This document shows positions 1 through 11,911 of a stretch of 64,000 nucleotides of DNA, one piece after another. The DNA is taken from assembly GCA_029246085.1 (NCBI GenBank), contig JAQWOB010000035.1, positions 12,407-76,406 of the forward strand, written 5' to 3'. This DNA is from Gammaproteobacteria bacterium. GTDB lineage: Bacteria > Pseudomonadota > Gammaproteobacteria > GCA-002705445 > GCA-002716945. Below the pieces are notes generated by a model that was not told the DNA's origin, searched no databases, and saw nothing but the letters and a program-made list of their open reading frames with translations. Every line of letters starts with the position of its first letter. Position 1 is the stretch's first letter. A program made the position numbers and the translations under genes.

Positions 1-75
1 TTCAGGAATATCTGTAATTGTTTTACCATTAAATACAATACTTGTATCATTACTATTTGTATTGGACGTATTCAT
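1..75 (-). CDS. Partial CDS (N-terminal about 25 aa: MNTSNTNSNDTSIVFNGKTITDIPE...) running off the window start; its ATG overlaps the trpS stop as ATGA
   Basis: Minus-strand ATG at 73-75 with an open frame to position 1. The 4-nt ATGA overlap with the trpS stop suggests translational coupling. Product unknown. Confidence 0.3.
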   Translation of the reverse strand, partial: MNTSNTNSNDTSIVFNGKTITDIPE

Positions 76-1112
76 CTACTAATCATACCAATTTGATCAT
101 AAATATTTCTGATAGTTTTATCTGCTATCACTCTAGCTTTACTTGCTCCCTCACGAAGAATTTTATCTAAGTATGTTTCATCTTTTAACAAGAGATTTGT
201 TTTTATAGAAATTGGCTCCACTGTCTTTATTATAACTTCAGTTAAATCTTTTTTAAATAATGATATTTCTCTAGATGCATATTTAGATATAACCTCTTCT
301 TTATCAATTAAACCACATGCACTATATATATTAAGTAAATTATTAATCTCAAGCCTTGTCTCAGCTTCTTTCAAAGTGTCTGGCATCTTCAAAGAGTCTG
401 TTTTAGCCTTTTTAATTTTCAAAGAAATCTGATCATTTGAATCTGTCATAAGGATTCTAGAATATTCAGAAATATCAGACTTACTCATCTTATTTGAACC
501 ATCTCTAAGACTCATTATCCTTGTTGTCGACTTATTCATGAGTGGCTCAGGAAGAATAAAACAGTTTTCATTATAGTCTGTATTAAATTTATGAGCGATA
601 TCTCTAGCCAACTCCAGATGTTGTTTTTGATCCTCTCCTACAGGAACATGAGAAGCTGAATATAGCAAAATATCAGCAGCCATTAAAACTGGGTATGTAT
701 AAAGTCCTATCGAGGCATTCTCTCTATTTTTTCCAGCCTTATCTTTAAACTGTGTCATCCTATTCAACCAACCAACTCTAGCTGTGCAGCTTAATATCCA
801 AGCTAACTGAGTATGCTCAGGAACTTGTGACTGATTAAATATAATATTCTTAGATTCATCTAACCCAGAGGCTAAAAATATTGCTAAAACTTCTCGAGTG
901 CTGTTTTTTAATGCTTCAGGATCTTGCCAAACTGTTATTGCATGGAGATCTACTATCGAGAAAATACTCTTATAATCAGCCTGATAGTTAACAAATTGTG
1001 TTATGGCTCCTAAATAGTTGCCTATATGTATTTCGCCTGATGGTTGTACACCAGAAAAAATGACTTTATCACTCATATTATAATCCAGATATTTAGTATA
1101 ATATTCTAACAT
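72..1112 (-). CDS. trpS: Tryptophan--tRNA ligase
   Basis: 346 aa class I aaRS. N-terminal FSGVQPSGEIHIGNY (HIGH-type motif) and KMSKS motif; length typical of TrpS. Confidence 0.9.
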   Translation of the reverse strand: MLEYYTKYLDYNMSDKVIFSGVQPSGEIHIGNYLGAITQFVNYQADYKSIFSIVDLHAITVWQDPEALKNSTREVLAIFLASGLDESKNIIFNQSQVPEHTQLAWILSCTARVGWLNRMTQFKDKAGKNRENASIGLYTYPVLMAADILLYSASHVPVGEDQKQHLELARDIAHKFNTDYNENCFILPEPLMNKSTTRIMSLRDGSNKMSKSDISEYSRILMTDSNDQISLKIKKAKTDSLKMPDTLKEAETRLEINNLLNIYSACGLIDKEEVISKYASREISLFKKDLTEVIIKTVEPISIKTNLLLKDETYLDKILREGASKARVIADKTIRNIYDQIGMISR

Positions 1113-1171
1113 AAAGTTACATAACTCTCATTTGTTATATAAAAAAATGAAAACTACCCTATAATAATGTC

Positions 1172-1438
1172 ATGAGTGAAAAACGAATGAAACTAATCGA
1201 AGATGGGCTCCAATCTCTTAATCCTTTGAAAATTGATATAGTAGATGAAGGTCATTTACATGTTGGACATGCCGGAGCAAAATCAGGAGGGCACTTTAAG
1301 CTATATATTGTGAGCGAGCATTTTAAAGGTCAGAGCATGGTTAATAGACATAAACTAATATATCAAAACCTAGATGAGTTAATGAAAACTGAAGTACATG
1401 CGCTCTCAATTAAAGCCGTGAGCCCAGAAGAACTTTAG
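1172..1438 (+). CDS. BolA-family protein (IbaG/YrbA-like)
   Basis: 88 aa with the BolA signature (VDEGHLHVGHAG, FKLYIVSEHF). Confidence 0.7.
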   Translation: MSEKRMKLIEDGLQSLNPLKIDIVDEGHLHVGHAGAKSGGHFKLYIVSEHFKGQSMVNRHKLIYQNLDELMKTEVHALSIKAVSPEEL

Positions 1439-1908
1439 TCCAATATTTTCTTATAAACTATGGCGTCTTCCTTTCCGAGAGAAGTCTTATAGTAATTTTT
1501 TCTGAACCCAATCTTTTTAAAGTCGTATTTCTCATATAATGCTATTGCAGACCCATTTGTTAAACGTGTCTCTAATAATATAATTTCTGATTTCAATATT
1601 TTACATTTATGAATAACCATCTCCAGAAGTTCTGATCCAATACCATTATTACGATATTTTTTATTTACCGTTAAATTTAGAATATGCGATTCAAAAGGAG
1701 TTACTTTAGAAATAATATATCCAACAATAGTATTATTATGTGTTGCTAGATACGAATCATATCTATTCATAATACAGTCTTTCAAAATATTCCGTGTCCA
1801 TGGGAAATCATATGACTGGCATTCCATATCATAAATATCATCGAGATCAATCATTTCGATGTCTCTATATTCTATAAATTGAGATAATTTAGCTGACATT
1901 AGAGTCAA
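1435..1908 (-). CDS. rimI: GNAT N-acetyltransferase, ribosomal-protein-alanine acetyltransferase-like
   Basis: 157 aa GNAT fold with acetyl-CoA motif (RNNGIGSELL). Adjacent to a family-4 UDG, as in many bacteria. Confidence 0.65.
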   Translation of the reverse strand: MTLMSAKLSQFIEYRDIEMIDLDDIYDMECQSYDFPWTRNILKDCIMNRYDSYLATHNNTIVGYIISKVTPFESHILNLTVNKKYRNNGIGSELLEMVIHKCKILKSEIILLETRLTNGSAIALYEKYDFKKIGFRKNYYKTSLGKEDAIVYKKILD

Positions 1909-2542
1909 TTATACCTTTAAGATATTGTAAATCATCCCAAACTTTCTTTTTCTGAGAAGGGCTTCTTAAAATATATGCCGGATGATAGAACACTATTACA
2001 GGAATATCATATTTATCAATAAAAAATTTTTTGAGCCTAAGTTCAGACATAGGCATATCTTCACCGAGCAATCTATTTGCAGCAATTTTTCCTAGCAACA
2101 CTAAAACCTTTGGTTTAATAATATTTATTTGTTGGTCTAAATAATCTGAACAAGCACTTATCTCTGATGCTTCAGGATTTCTATTCTCAGGAGGTCTACA
2201 TTTGATAGTGTTTACAATAAAGACTGAATCTCTATTCAAGTTTATTGATTTTAAGAATTCATTCAAGAGTTTACCTGCCCTGCCAACAAAAGGTCTGCCT
2301 ACTTCATCCTCTTCTCTACCCGGAGCTTCCCCAATTATCATTATATTTGAGTCTGGGTCCCCTTCTCCGAATACTGTATTTTGTCTTGTTTTATGTAAAT
2401 TACATTTTTTACATTTCTTAATTGTTTCGTCAAGACTTATAAGATTGTTATTTTCAGAAGAAATATTTTGTGTTAATTTTTTAGAATACCAAAATATGTC
2501 AATTCCCATTTCAGGAAAATATTTCTTAATCATGCTTTCCAT
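1889..2542 (-). CDS. Uracil-DNA glycosylase, family 4
   Basis: 217 aa. Fe-S Cys ligands (CKKCNLHKTR, CRPP) and the GEAPGxxE motif are characteristic of family 4 UDG. Confidence 0.8.
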   Translation of the reverse strand: MESMIKKYFPEMGIDIFWYSKKLTQNISSENNNLISLDETIKKCKKCNLHKTRQNTVFGEGDPDSNIMIIGEAPGREEDEVGRPFVGRAGKLLNEFLKSINLNRDSVFIVNTIKCRPPENRNPEASEISACSDYLDQQINIIKPKVLVLLGKIAANRLLGEDMPMSELRLKKFFIDKYDIPVIVFYHPAYILRSPSQKKKVWDDLQYLKGIIDSNVS

Positions 2543-4083
2543 TAAATTCCTCTTTTTTTAGAAGAATTAGCCTCGGGATTTTCTTTGAATTTATTTAATG
2601 CATTAACTAATGCTAAGATTGAAGCTTTAACAATATCAGTATCAGCGCCATGCCCATTAAAGACACTATTATTTTTAGTTATGCGGACCGTTACTTCGCC
2701 CTGAGCATCAGTACCAGATGTTATATTATTTACGGAATAAAGGGTTAACTTACAACCACTTTTAACAATACTTTCAATTGCATTATATGCTGCATCTACA
2801 GCACCGTCCCCTGTTGCTTTAGCTTCTTCGAGGATGCCATTTATCGAAAGCTTAACATGAGCATGGGGTTTTTTATTAGTTTCAGTAACAATATTCATAT
2901 AATTAAAGTTAATTAAATTTACAGAAACTTTTACATTAGATGAAAGATTTATGAGATCCTCGTCAAATATTTCATGTTTTTTATCAGCTAAATCCTTAAA
3001 TCTATAAAATAAGTCATCAAAAGCTATATCATCTTTAGGCATGATGTTTAGGTCAATTAGTTTCTGTTTAAAAGCATTTCTCCCGGAATGTTTTCCTAAC
3101 ACCAGAGAGTTACTTGCCAAACCAATATCTTCAGCTCTCATAATCTCATAAGTTTCACGAGATTTAATTATTCCATCTTGATGAATACCTGATTCATGAG
3201 CAAATGCATTCTTACCCACTATCGCTTTATTTGGCTGGACAGGAAACCCTGTTATAGAGGAGACAAGTCTAGAGCACTTTAATATTTTTTTTGAATTTAT
3301 ACTTGTATCGCATTTAAAAACATCCTGTCTAGTTCTAACTGTCATTACAATTTCCTCAAGAGCTGCATTGCCTGCTCTTTCACCTAATCCATTAATTGTG
3401 CATTCAACCTGTCTGGCTCCATTCAATACTGCAGACAATGAATTACCTACGGCAAGACCCAGATCATTATGACAATGTACTGAAAATATTGCTTTATCAG
3501 AATTTGATACATTTGAGATTATGTTTTTAATTAATTCTCCAAACTGATGAGGTAAGTTATATCCAACTGTATCAGGAATATTTATAGTTTTAGCTCCTGC
3601 ATTTATTGCTGCCTCTATAACTTCACATAAAAACTTTAACTCAGATCTTCCTGCGTCTTCAGGTGAAAATTCTATATCATCAGTAAAAGTCTTTGCCAAC
3701 TCTATTGCTGCAACTGCAGTTGATAGCACTTTTTCTGGCGTCATTTTTAATTTTTTTTCCATATGTATAGGAGATGTCGCAATAAAAGTATGTATTCTAG
3801 GAAATTTGGCATCTCTTAATGATTCTGCGGCAGTGGAAATATCTTTATCTAAAGCTCTCGCAAGAGCACAGATGGTAGAGCCTGTTATTATTTTAGATAT
3901 TTCTTGTACAGATTTGAAATCTCCAGCACTAGCTATAGGAAAACCAGCTTCAATAATATCTACATTTAATTCCTCTAACGCAATAGCAATTTTCATTTTC
4001 TCATTAACATCCATCGATGCTCCAGGACTTTGCTCTCCATCTCTTAGAGTTGTATCAAAAATTATTAGATTTTTATCATTCAT
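2542..4083 (-). CDS. leuA: 2-isopropylmalate synthase
   Basis: 513 aa. N-terminal LRDGEQSPGA and HxH motif (HCHNDLGLAVGNS) of the DRE-TIM family, with a C-terminal LeuA regulatory domain. Confidence 0.9.
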   Translation of the reverse strand: MNDKNLIIFDTTLRDGEQSPGASMDVNEKMKIAIALEELNVDIIEAGFPIASAGDFKSVQEISKIITGSTICALARALDKDISTAAESLRDAKFPRIHTFIATSPIHMEKKLKMTPEKVLSTAVAAIELAKTFTDDIEFSPEDAGRSELKFLCEVIEAAINAGAKTINIPDTVGYNLPHQFGELIKNIISNVSNSDKAIFSVHCHNDLGLAVGNSLSAVLNGARQVECTINGLGERAGNAALEEIVMTVRTRQDVFKCDTSINSKKILKCSRLVSSITGFPVQPNKAIVGKNAFAHESGIHQDGIIKSRETYEIMRAEDIGLASNSLVLGKHSGRNAFKQKLIDLNIMPKDDIAFDDLFYRFKDLADKKHEIFDEDLINLSSNVKVSVNLINFNYMNIVTETNKKPHAHVKLSINGILEEAKATGDGAVDAAYNAIESIVKSGCKLTLYSVNNITSGTDAQGEVTVRITKNNSVFNGHGADTDIVKASILALVNALNKFKENPEANSSKKRGI

Positions 4084-4223
4084 ATTATTAGGTAAATTTA
4101 AGTTAAGTAAATTAAAACTATAATGACAATTTTAAAAAGCCATTTAAAAGAGGATATCAATTATAGAAATTGATTTAATCATAACTGAAACTTTATATTA
4201 AATAAGTAAATTTGCAAGAAATA

Positions 4224-4999
4224 TTAAGGCTTTGTAGAGGTTTTCTCTTTAGAGAATGACTTTTTTTTCTTAACTATTCTCATGAGATACATGCTTGGAC
4301 CTGATAACGCATAAAGTAAGAAAAATGAGAACAATACCAATGGTGGATCAAAAGATATAAATGAAATGATTAATGCGATTACAAATAAAGTGATATGCGG
4401 TACTTTATGACGAATATCAAAATCTTTAAAACTATAATAAGTAATGTTGCTAATCATCAAAAATGATAATAACGGCAAGATGAATAATCCAACCCATATG
4501 TAGTGCATATATCCATTTACCATCGTCTCTACTATCCATATATATGTGATAATAACTGCTGATGCTGCTGGACTAGCTAATCCTATAAAATATTTTTTAT
4601 CGTGGGTTTGTATTTTTGAGTTAAATCTAGCTAATCTAATAGCAGCCGAAGCAACATAAATAAAACAGCATATTAATATAATTTTAGAGGAATCTAAGTT
4701 TAAAATTAAATTTGTATTGGCCCATGTATACAACATAATTGCAGGAGCTAACCCAAAACAAATCATATCCGATAAACTATCGTAATTTTCTCCAAACACT
4801 GTTTGAGTATTTGTTAGTCTAGCAATTCTACCATCCAAACCATCAAGGACCATTGCAATAAGTATAGCCAATGATGCAATAACAAAATCACCATTTATCG
4901 AAGATACAATTCCATAGAATCCACTAAATAAAGCAGAGGTTGTAATTAAATTTGGAAGAAGAAATACGCCTCGCGATCTCTTCTTTTTCTCTTCAATCA

Positions 5000-5000
<1 letters not shown>
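4224..5000 (-). CDS. pssA: CDP-diacylglycerol--serine O-phosphatidyltransferase (CDP-alcohol phosphatidyltransferase family)
   Basis: 258 aa multi-TM protein carrying the CDP-OH transferase motif DGLDGRIAR...DSLSD. Confidence 0.75.
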
Positions 5001-6531
<1,531 letters not shown>

Positions 6532-6533
6532 AT

Positions 6534-8309
6534 TTACGCGAGCTCCGTATCTTTGCCAGTGGGTGATAAATGCATTTCATTATGGGCTTGGCCACTTTTA
6601 ATCATTGGGTAAACATTCTCTTCTTGGTCGGTGATGATGTCTACAAAAACCAATCTATCTTTTAAATTCATAGCTTCCTGCAGCTTACTTTTTAATTCTG
6701 AAGGTTTTTCAATTTTGATACCAATATGCCCAAAACTAGATGCTAACTGAACAAAATCAGGTATAGCTTCCATATAAGACATTGCATATCTACCTTCATA
6801 GAAAAATTCTTGCCATTGCCTAACCATTCCCATATACCTATTATTAAGAGTTATAATTTTTATTGGTAGTCTATATTGCAAACAAGTTGCTAATTCTTGT
6901 ATACACATCAATATGCTAGCCTCGCCAGTTACGCAAATAACTTCAGATTTTGGGTAAGCTAACTGCGCACCCATTGCGGCAGGAAGTCCAAAGCCCATGG
7001 TTCCAAGACCTCCAGAATTAATCCATCTGTTTGGTTTATCGAATTTATAATATTGGGCAGCCCACATTTGATGCTGACCAACATCAGAAGTTACATATGC
7101 ATCACCTTTAGTTATCTCGTATAAAGTCTCTATTACAGATTGAGGTTTAATGATTGTTTTGGATTTTTTATAAGATAGACATTTTTTTGTTCTCCACTTA
7201 TCAATCTGAGTCCACCATCTCTTAAGAGCTGATTTATTAATATTTTTTAGGTATGGTTTGACAGCTTTATTCAGATCCCTTAATATCTTTGATGTCTCTC
7301 CAACAAGAGACAAATCTACTTCTATAATTTTAGATATAGAAGAAGGGTCTACATCAATATGTATAATTTTTGCAGATGGGCAAAATTTTGATGTATCACC
7401 TGTCACTCTGTCATCAAATCTAGCTCCAACTGCCAATAAAACATCACAGTCATGCATCGCCATATTAGCTTCATAAGTACCGTGCATTCCCAGCATTCCT
7501 AAAAATTGATTATCTGTGGCAGGATAACAACCAAGACCCATCAACGTATTAGTTATAGGGTATCCAATATTTTTAACGAGAGCGGCTAACTCTTTATGGG
7601 CATTACCTAAAATTACCCCTCCACCTGCATAAACCATTGGTTTCTTTGCAGAAGCTAGTAATTTAGCAGCTTCATCAATTTTTGACTTAGATTCTGAAAT
7701 GGGGGCCTTATAAGATCTTAGTTTCACTTTTTTTGGATGCTCAAAATTTATCTTAACCTTAGGGTCAGTTAAATCTTTAGGGATATCTATAAGAACAGGA
7801 CCAGGACGACCAGTTGTTGCAATAATAAAGGCTTTCTTAAAAACTTCTGCTATAGACTCTCTGCTATCTACTAAAAAATTATGCTTTGTTACAGGTCTTG
7901 TTATACCTGTTGCATCTGCTTCTTGGAAAGCATCACTACCAACATATTCTCTCGAGACTTGACCAGAAATTATAATCATAGGCACAGAATCCATATGAGC
8001 TGTAGCCAATCCAGTAACGCAGTTTGTAATACCTGGGCCTGATGTAACTAAAACAACACCAGGTTTACCGCAAGCTCTAGCATATCCATCTGCTGCATGA
8101 GTAGCTCCTTGTTCATGTCTAGTTAAGATATGTTTAATTTTTTTATCCCCAAACAAAGCATCATATATATGCAGTACTGCTCCACCCGGATATCCGAAGA
8201 TGAATTCAACACCCTCTTTCTTTAAACACTCTATGATTATTTGCGATCCACTTAATTTCATAATTTCCCTTGTTTTACAACCAGTCCATAATACATCTTT
8301 TTTGGCCAA
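6534..8309 (-). CDS. ilvI: Acetolactate synthase large subunit (TPP-dependent); likely true start at the internal Met near 8261 (MKLSGSQ...)
   Basis: 591 aa thiamine-pyrophosphate enzyme (GYPGGAVLHIYDAL, GGLGTMGFGLPAAMGA). Confidence 0.9.
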   Translation of the reverse strand: MAKKDVLWTGCKTREIMKLSGSQIIIECLKKEGVEFIFGYPGGAVLHIYDALFGDKKIKHILTRHEQGATHAADGYARACGKPGVVLVTSGPGITNCVTGLATAHMDSVPMIIISGQVSREYVGSDAFQEADATGITRPVTKHNFLVDSRESIAEVFKKAFIIATTGRPGPVLIDIPKDLTDPKVKINFEHPKKVKLRSYKAPISESKSKIDEAAKLLASAKKPMVYAGGGVILGNAHKELAALVKNIGYPITNTLMGLGCYPATDNQFLGMLGMHGTYEANMAMHDCDVLLAVGARFDDRVTGDTSKFCPSAKIIHIDVDPSSISKIIEVDLSLVGETSKILRDLNKAVKPYLKNINKSALKRWWTQIDKWRTKKCLSYKKSKTIIKPQSVIETLYEITKGDAYVTSDVGQHQMWAAQYYKFDKPNRWINSGGLGTMGFGLPAAMGAQLAYPKSEVICVTGEASILMCIQELATCLQYRLPIKIITLNNRYMGMVRQWQEFFYEGRYAMSYMEAIPDFVQLASSFGHIGIKIEKPSELKSKLQEAMNLKDRLVFVDIITDQEENVYPMIKSGQAHNEMHLSPTGKDTELA

Positions 8310-8349
8310 TCATCATTATTTATTGATAATTTTCATTAATATATAATAA

Positions 8350-8967
8350 TTATTGATGGGCCAAGTAACCATTAAAATCATCATATGTATAGTATAAGAA
8401 ACATTTCATGATTTCCGAGAAAACTATTTTTATTGCACTCTTGTCTTGTTTCCAATCTTTAATGTCATCTATATAAAAAAAATCTATTTCAACATTTTGA
8501 TCAAATGAGTTAAATATTTTTTTAGCTCTATATCCATGAAATTTATTAGTGATAATTAAAACATTTTTTATATCAGATAAATCAATTTCACTAAAAAACT
8601 TTGCTTCATCATATGTGCTCTTATTGTCTATGCCAAACAAAATAATATTCTTTCTTGGAATATTGTTTTTTAAAATAATGTCTATATATTTTTCATAAAC
8701 TCTTCTTTCTTTAGATGGGTTAATATAATTTTTAACTATCCCAGCTTCTTTGCTCAAATATATAAATTTAGCATCTTTTTTAAAAAATAATTTACTACCA
8801 AAAACTGCTCTCTCTGGATCCCCAGATAAAACAACAATTCCATCGTATTCTGAGCCAATGTAATCTATTTCTGGACTGGTTATTTTGAACAATAAGTAAA
8901 AAGTTATTGTTGATAATAATACTGTCATTAGGCCAATGACTAACAACAGTTTATTAAGATATAACAA
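8350..8967 (-). CDS. DUF218 (YdcF/ElyC-like) membrane-anchored protein
   Basis: 205 aa with an N-terminal TM helix; GIVVLSG and ITNKFHGYRA motifs typical of DUF218. Confidence 0.6.
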   Translation of the reverse strand: MLYLNKLLLVIGLMTVLLSTITFYLLFKITSPEIDYIGSEYDGIVVLSGDPERAVFGSKLFFKKDAKFIYLSKEAGIVKNYINPSKERRVYEKYIDIILKNNIPRKNIILFGIDNKSTYDEAKFFSEIDLSDIKNVLIITNKFHGYRAKKIFNSFDQNVEIDFFYIDDIKDWKQDKSAIKIVFSEIMKCFLYYTYDDFNGYLAHQ

Positions 8968-8971
8968 ATCT

Positions 8972-9202
8972 CTAGCTCTTTTTTAATAAAAAATAAAACT
9001 TATTATCTTTCTCTTCCGTGCTTAATAACTGATTTCCTGTTTGAGTGGCAAATGATTCAAAATCTTTAACTGCTCCTGGATCAGTTGATATAATTTTTAA
9101 TGTTTGACCAGCATCCATTCCGTTAATTTCTTTTTTAGCTTTTATTATAGGTAGCGGACAATTTAGTCCGCTAGTATCTAATTCTTTATCAAAATCTGAC
9201 AT
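8972..9202 (-). CDS. TusA-like sulfur carrier protein
   Basis: 76 aa with the CPxP motif (LNCPLPIIKAKK) of TusA/SirA. Confidence 0.75.
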   Translation of the reverse strand: MSDFDKELDTSGLNCPLPIIKAKKEINGMDAGQTLKIISTDPGAVKDFESFATQTGNQLLSTEEKDNKFYFLLKKS

Positions 9203-9275
9203 GCATTTTCCTTTGGGTTATAATAGTTAAATGTACATTAATTAGTATATAATAATTTATTAATGTTCCACTACT

Positions 9276-10727
9276 ATGTTAGTTACTATAAAAAAATATT
9301 CAACCTCTTTTTTATTATCAATATGCCTGTTTTGTGCAGATATTCCTTTTGCATTTAGCGTAGGCCAAATACCAGAACTTGGTGATCCATATAGTGAGAC
9401 CCTTCCACTTAAACAAGAAGATATTATTGGTATAGGCACATATCGTAGACTGCAAAAATTTGGTTATATTAATAATGATCCTCTAGTTATCTCTTATATC
9501 AACTATCTTGGTAATAAATTGTCGAGAAGCATAATGGATACAGAAAGAAGGTATCAATTTTTTGTGGTCCAGTCAGACCAAATAAATGCATTTGCGGTTC
9601 CAGGAGGTTACATTGGACTGAATATAGGTTTAATAATTTTATCTGAAAATGAAGCGCAGCTAGCAGGAGTAGTAGCGCATGAAATTGCACATATTAAACT
9701 AAGACATTCGGCTGAAATGATTGCTAATGCAAGCATGAGTAACATACCAATGTGGATAGGAATAATTGCTGGGATTTTTGCAGGTAATCCAAAGGCTTCT
9801 ATGGCAGCTATAAAGGCAGGAATTGGCTTATCTTCGCAAATGAATGTTAATTTAATTCGAACTAATGAAATAGAGGCAGATGATTATGGCGTAGAGATTA
9901 TGCATAAAGCCAATTATGATTTATCAGAGATGGCAAATTTTTTTGATAAAATGGAAAATTCTACAGGGGAAATATCAAGAAACTTAGAATATTTATCAAC
10001 GCATCCAATGTATGAAAACAGGATTGCTGGCATACAAAACAGATCATCTGTGCAGATTAACCCTATGAAAAATAGCACTGATGATTATATTTATATTAAA
10101 AATATTCTTAGCGTTTCAATAGTTAAGGATATAAATAAAAATATAAGATCAATAACCAGTAAAGACAAATATAGTCAACATAAATTAGCGCTTCTATATT
10201 ATAAGCGATCTGATTACAAAAACGCATATGATACAATATCACCTATCTATAAAACTAACCCCAATAACTTATATATATCGCTCGTATATGTAAATGTATT
10301 AGTCGGCCAAGGTAAAATAGATGAGGCATTAGAGGCTTTAAATGAACTAAAAAATATTTATCCATTAAATACCGTTATATCTCTATCTATTGCTGAAATA
10401 TTAGTCGAGAATAACTTAAATCTAGATTATGCTGAAAGACTTTTAGAGCCTCTAGAATCATATTACAATTTAAATCCTAACTACTTAAGATTATCCTCAA
10501 AACTTTATACACTGAAAGATAATAAATTTAAAGCTGCAATATCAAGATCAAATTATTATGAACTTTTAGGTGACACAGGGTTAGCATTAGAAGTTCTATC
10601 TAACTCAATAAGATCAAATAAGATGAATATGGATCAAAAAAAAATACTTGAAGCTAAAAAACTTGGTATTATCTGTGGTAACCCGAGACCACTAGAACCA
10701 CTATTTGGTGAAAAAACTTGTAATTAA
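9276..10727 (+). CDS. M48-family Zn-metalloprotease with C-terminal TPR repeats (BepA/YfgC-like)
   Basis: 483 aa. Signal peptide, HEIAH zinc motif, EIEADDYG, and a TPR-like C-terminal half. Confidence 0.75.
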   Translation: MLVTIKKYSTSFLLSICLFCADIPFAFSVGQIPELGDPYSETLPLKQEDIIGIGTYRRLQKFGYINNDPLVISYINYLGNKLSRSIMDTERRYQFFVVQSDQINAFAVPGGYIGLNIGLIILSENEAQLAGVVAHEIAHIKLRHSAEMIANASMSNIPMWIGIIAGIFAGNPKASMAAIKAGIGLSSQMNVNLIRTNEIEADDYGVEIMHKANYDLSEMANFFDKMENSTGEISRNLEYLSTHPMYENRIAGIQNRSSVQINPMKNSTDDYIYIKNILSVSIVKDINKNIRSITSKDKYSQHKLALLYYKRSDYKNAYDTISPIYKTNPNNLYISLVYVNVLVGQGKIDEALEALNELKNIYPLNTVISLSIAEILVENNLNLDYAERLLEPLESYYNLNPNYLRLSSKLYTLKDNKFKAAISRSNYYELLGDTGLALEVLSNSIRSNKMNMDQKKILEAKKLGIICGNPRPLEPLFGEKTCN

Positions 10728-10774
10728 AGTAGTTTTTTTCTATGCATATCAGTACTATACTGTATTAGGAAATT

Positions 10775-11116
10775 ATGAAAAATATACGAACTTTAATTGC
10801 TACTATTGTATTTACCTTGTCACTTGGAAATACTGCTTATTCTGGAGATATTGAGGAAGGTAAAAAATTAGCCTTTGATAGAAAGAAAGGTAACTGCTTG
10901 GCCTGTCATATGATGGATGATGGTGAACTAGCTGGTAATAATGGTCCTCCGCTAATAGCAATGAAGGCAAGATTCCCAAATAAACAGGATTTGTTTGATC
11001 AAATTTGGGATCCAACTAAAAATGACCCAAACTCATTTATGCCTCCTTTTGGAAAGCATGGGGCCATATCTAAAACTGAAATTAATAAAATAATAGAGTA
11101 TCTATATACTCTTTGA
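10775..11116 (+). CDS. soxX: SoxX, monoheme cytochrome c subunit of SoxAX
   Basis: 113 aa. Signal peptide, single CxxCH (CLACHMM); sits immediately upstream of soxYZA. Confidence 0.8.
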   Translation: MKNIRTLIATIVFTLSLGNTAYSGDIEEGKKLAFDRKKGNCLACHMMDDGELAGNNGPPLIAMKARFPNKQDLFDQIWDPTKNDPNSFMPPFGKHGAISKTEINKIIEYLYTL

Positions 11117-11589
11117 GGAAAATTATGAATAGAAGAAACTTTTTAAAAAATTCCCTTATGACCGTAGGTACTATAACAACTCTTGCGGGATTAATGATTA
11201 AACCAAAAAGATTATATGCGGCATGGCCGAAAGCATCTTTTGATATCACGGGCTTAAGTGATTCAATTAATAGTGTATATGGGCATAATAATTTGAATGA
11301 AAGCTCAGAAGTTATACTTAAAGCGCCTGATATTGCAGAAAATGGAGCAATTGTCCCCTTAAATGTAAAAACAAAACTTAAAAATGTTGAGTCAATAATG
11401 ATATTTGTTGAAAATAATCCTCAACCTTTATCTAGTGGTTATAACTTAAGCTCTAAATCGGTGCCAATCGTTGGAACAAGAATTAAAATGGGCAAAACTT
11501 CAAAAGTAATAGCGGCCGTAAAAAGCAATGGGAAAATATACACCGCTTCTAAGGAAGTGAAAGTAACAATTGGCGGATGTGGAGGTTAG
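11113..11589 (+). CDS. soxY: SoxY thiosulfate carrier protein
   Basis: 158 aa. Tat-like signal (RRNFLK) and the canonical C-terminal GGCGG carrier motif. Confidence 0.9.
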   Translation: MRKIMNRRNFLKNSLMTVGTITTLAGLMIKPKRLYAAWPKASFDITGLSDSINSVYGHNNLNESSEVILKAPDIAENGAIVPLNVKTKLKNVESIMIFVENNPQPLSSGYNLSSKSVPIVGTRIKMGKTSKVIAAVKSNGKIYTASKEVKVTIGGCGG

Positions 11590-11595
11590 ATAATT

Positions 11596-11904
11596 ATGAG
11601 TACAATAAAACTTAGAGCAAAAGAAAGTAAAGGCGTGGTAACTGTTAAGGCAATCATTAAGCATCCTATGGAAACAGGACAGAGAAAGAATAAGAAAACA
11701 GGTGAAAAAATTCCTGCTCACTTCATACAACAAGTAATTTGCAAAGCAAATAATGATGAAGTGATTACGATAAATTGGGGCCCAGCAGTTTCAAAAAACC
11801 CTTACCTAACATTCGCCTATATGGGCTCTAAAGGTGATGCGATTGAACTTACATGGGAAGACAACCAAGGAAATAAAGATTCTCTCCAGGGCGAGGTTAA
11901 ATAA
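11596..11904 (+). CDS. soxZ: SoxZ
   Basis: 102 aa, follows soxY; typical size and position for SoxZ. Confidence 0.8.
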   Translation: MSTIKLRAKESKGVVTVKAIIKHPMETGQRKNKKTGEKIPAHFIQQVICKANNDEVITINWGPAVSKNPYLTFAYMGSKGDAIELTWEDNQGNKDSLQGEVK

Positions 11905-11911
11905 ATATTAA

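Noticed and set aside
4084-4223. leu leader peptide / attenuator upstream of leuA
   Set aside because: No Leu-codon-rich mini-ORF or alternative hairpins were evident by eye in the 140-bp region. Cannot be supported without folding or codon scanning.
9229-9238. 10-bp palindrome AATGTACATT in the TusA / M48-protease divergent promoter region
   Set aside because: Short and AT-rich. In a roughly 30% GC genome such palindromes are expected by chance and it does not extend. Not reported as an operator.
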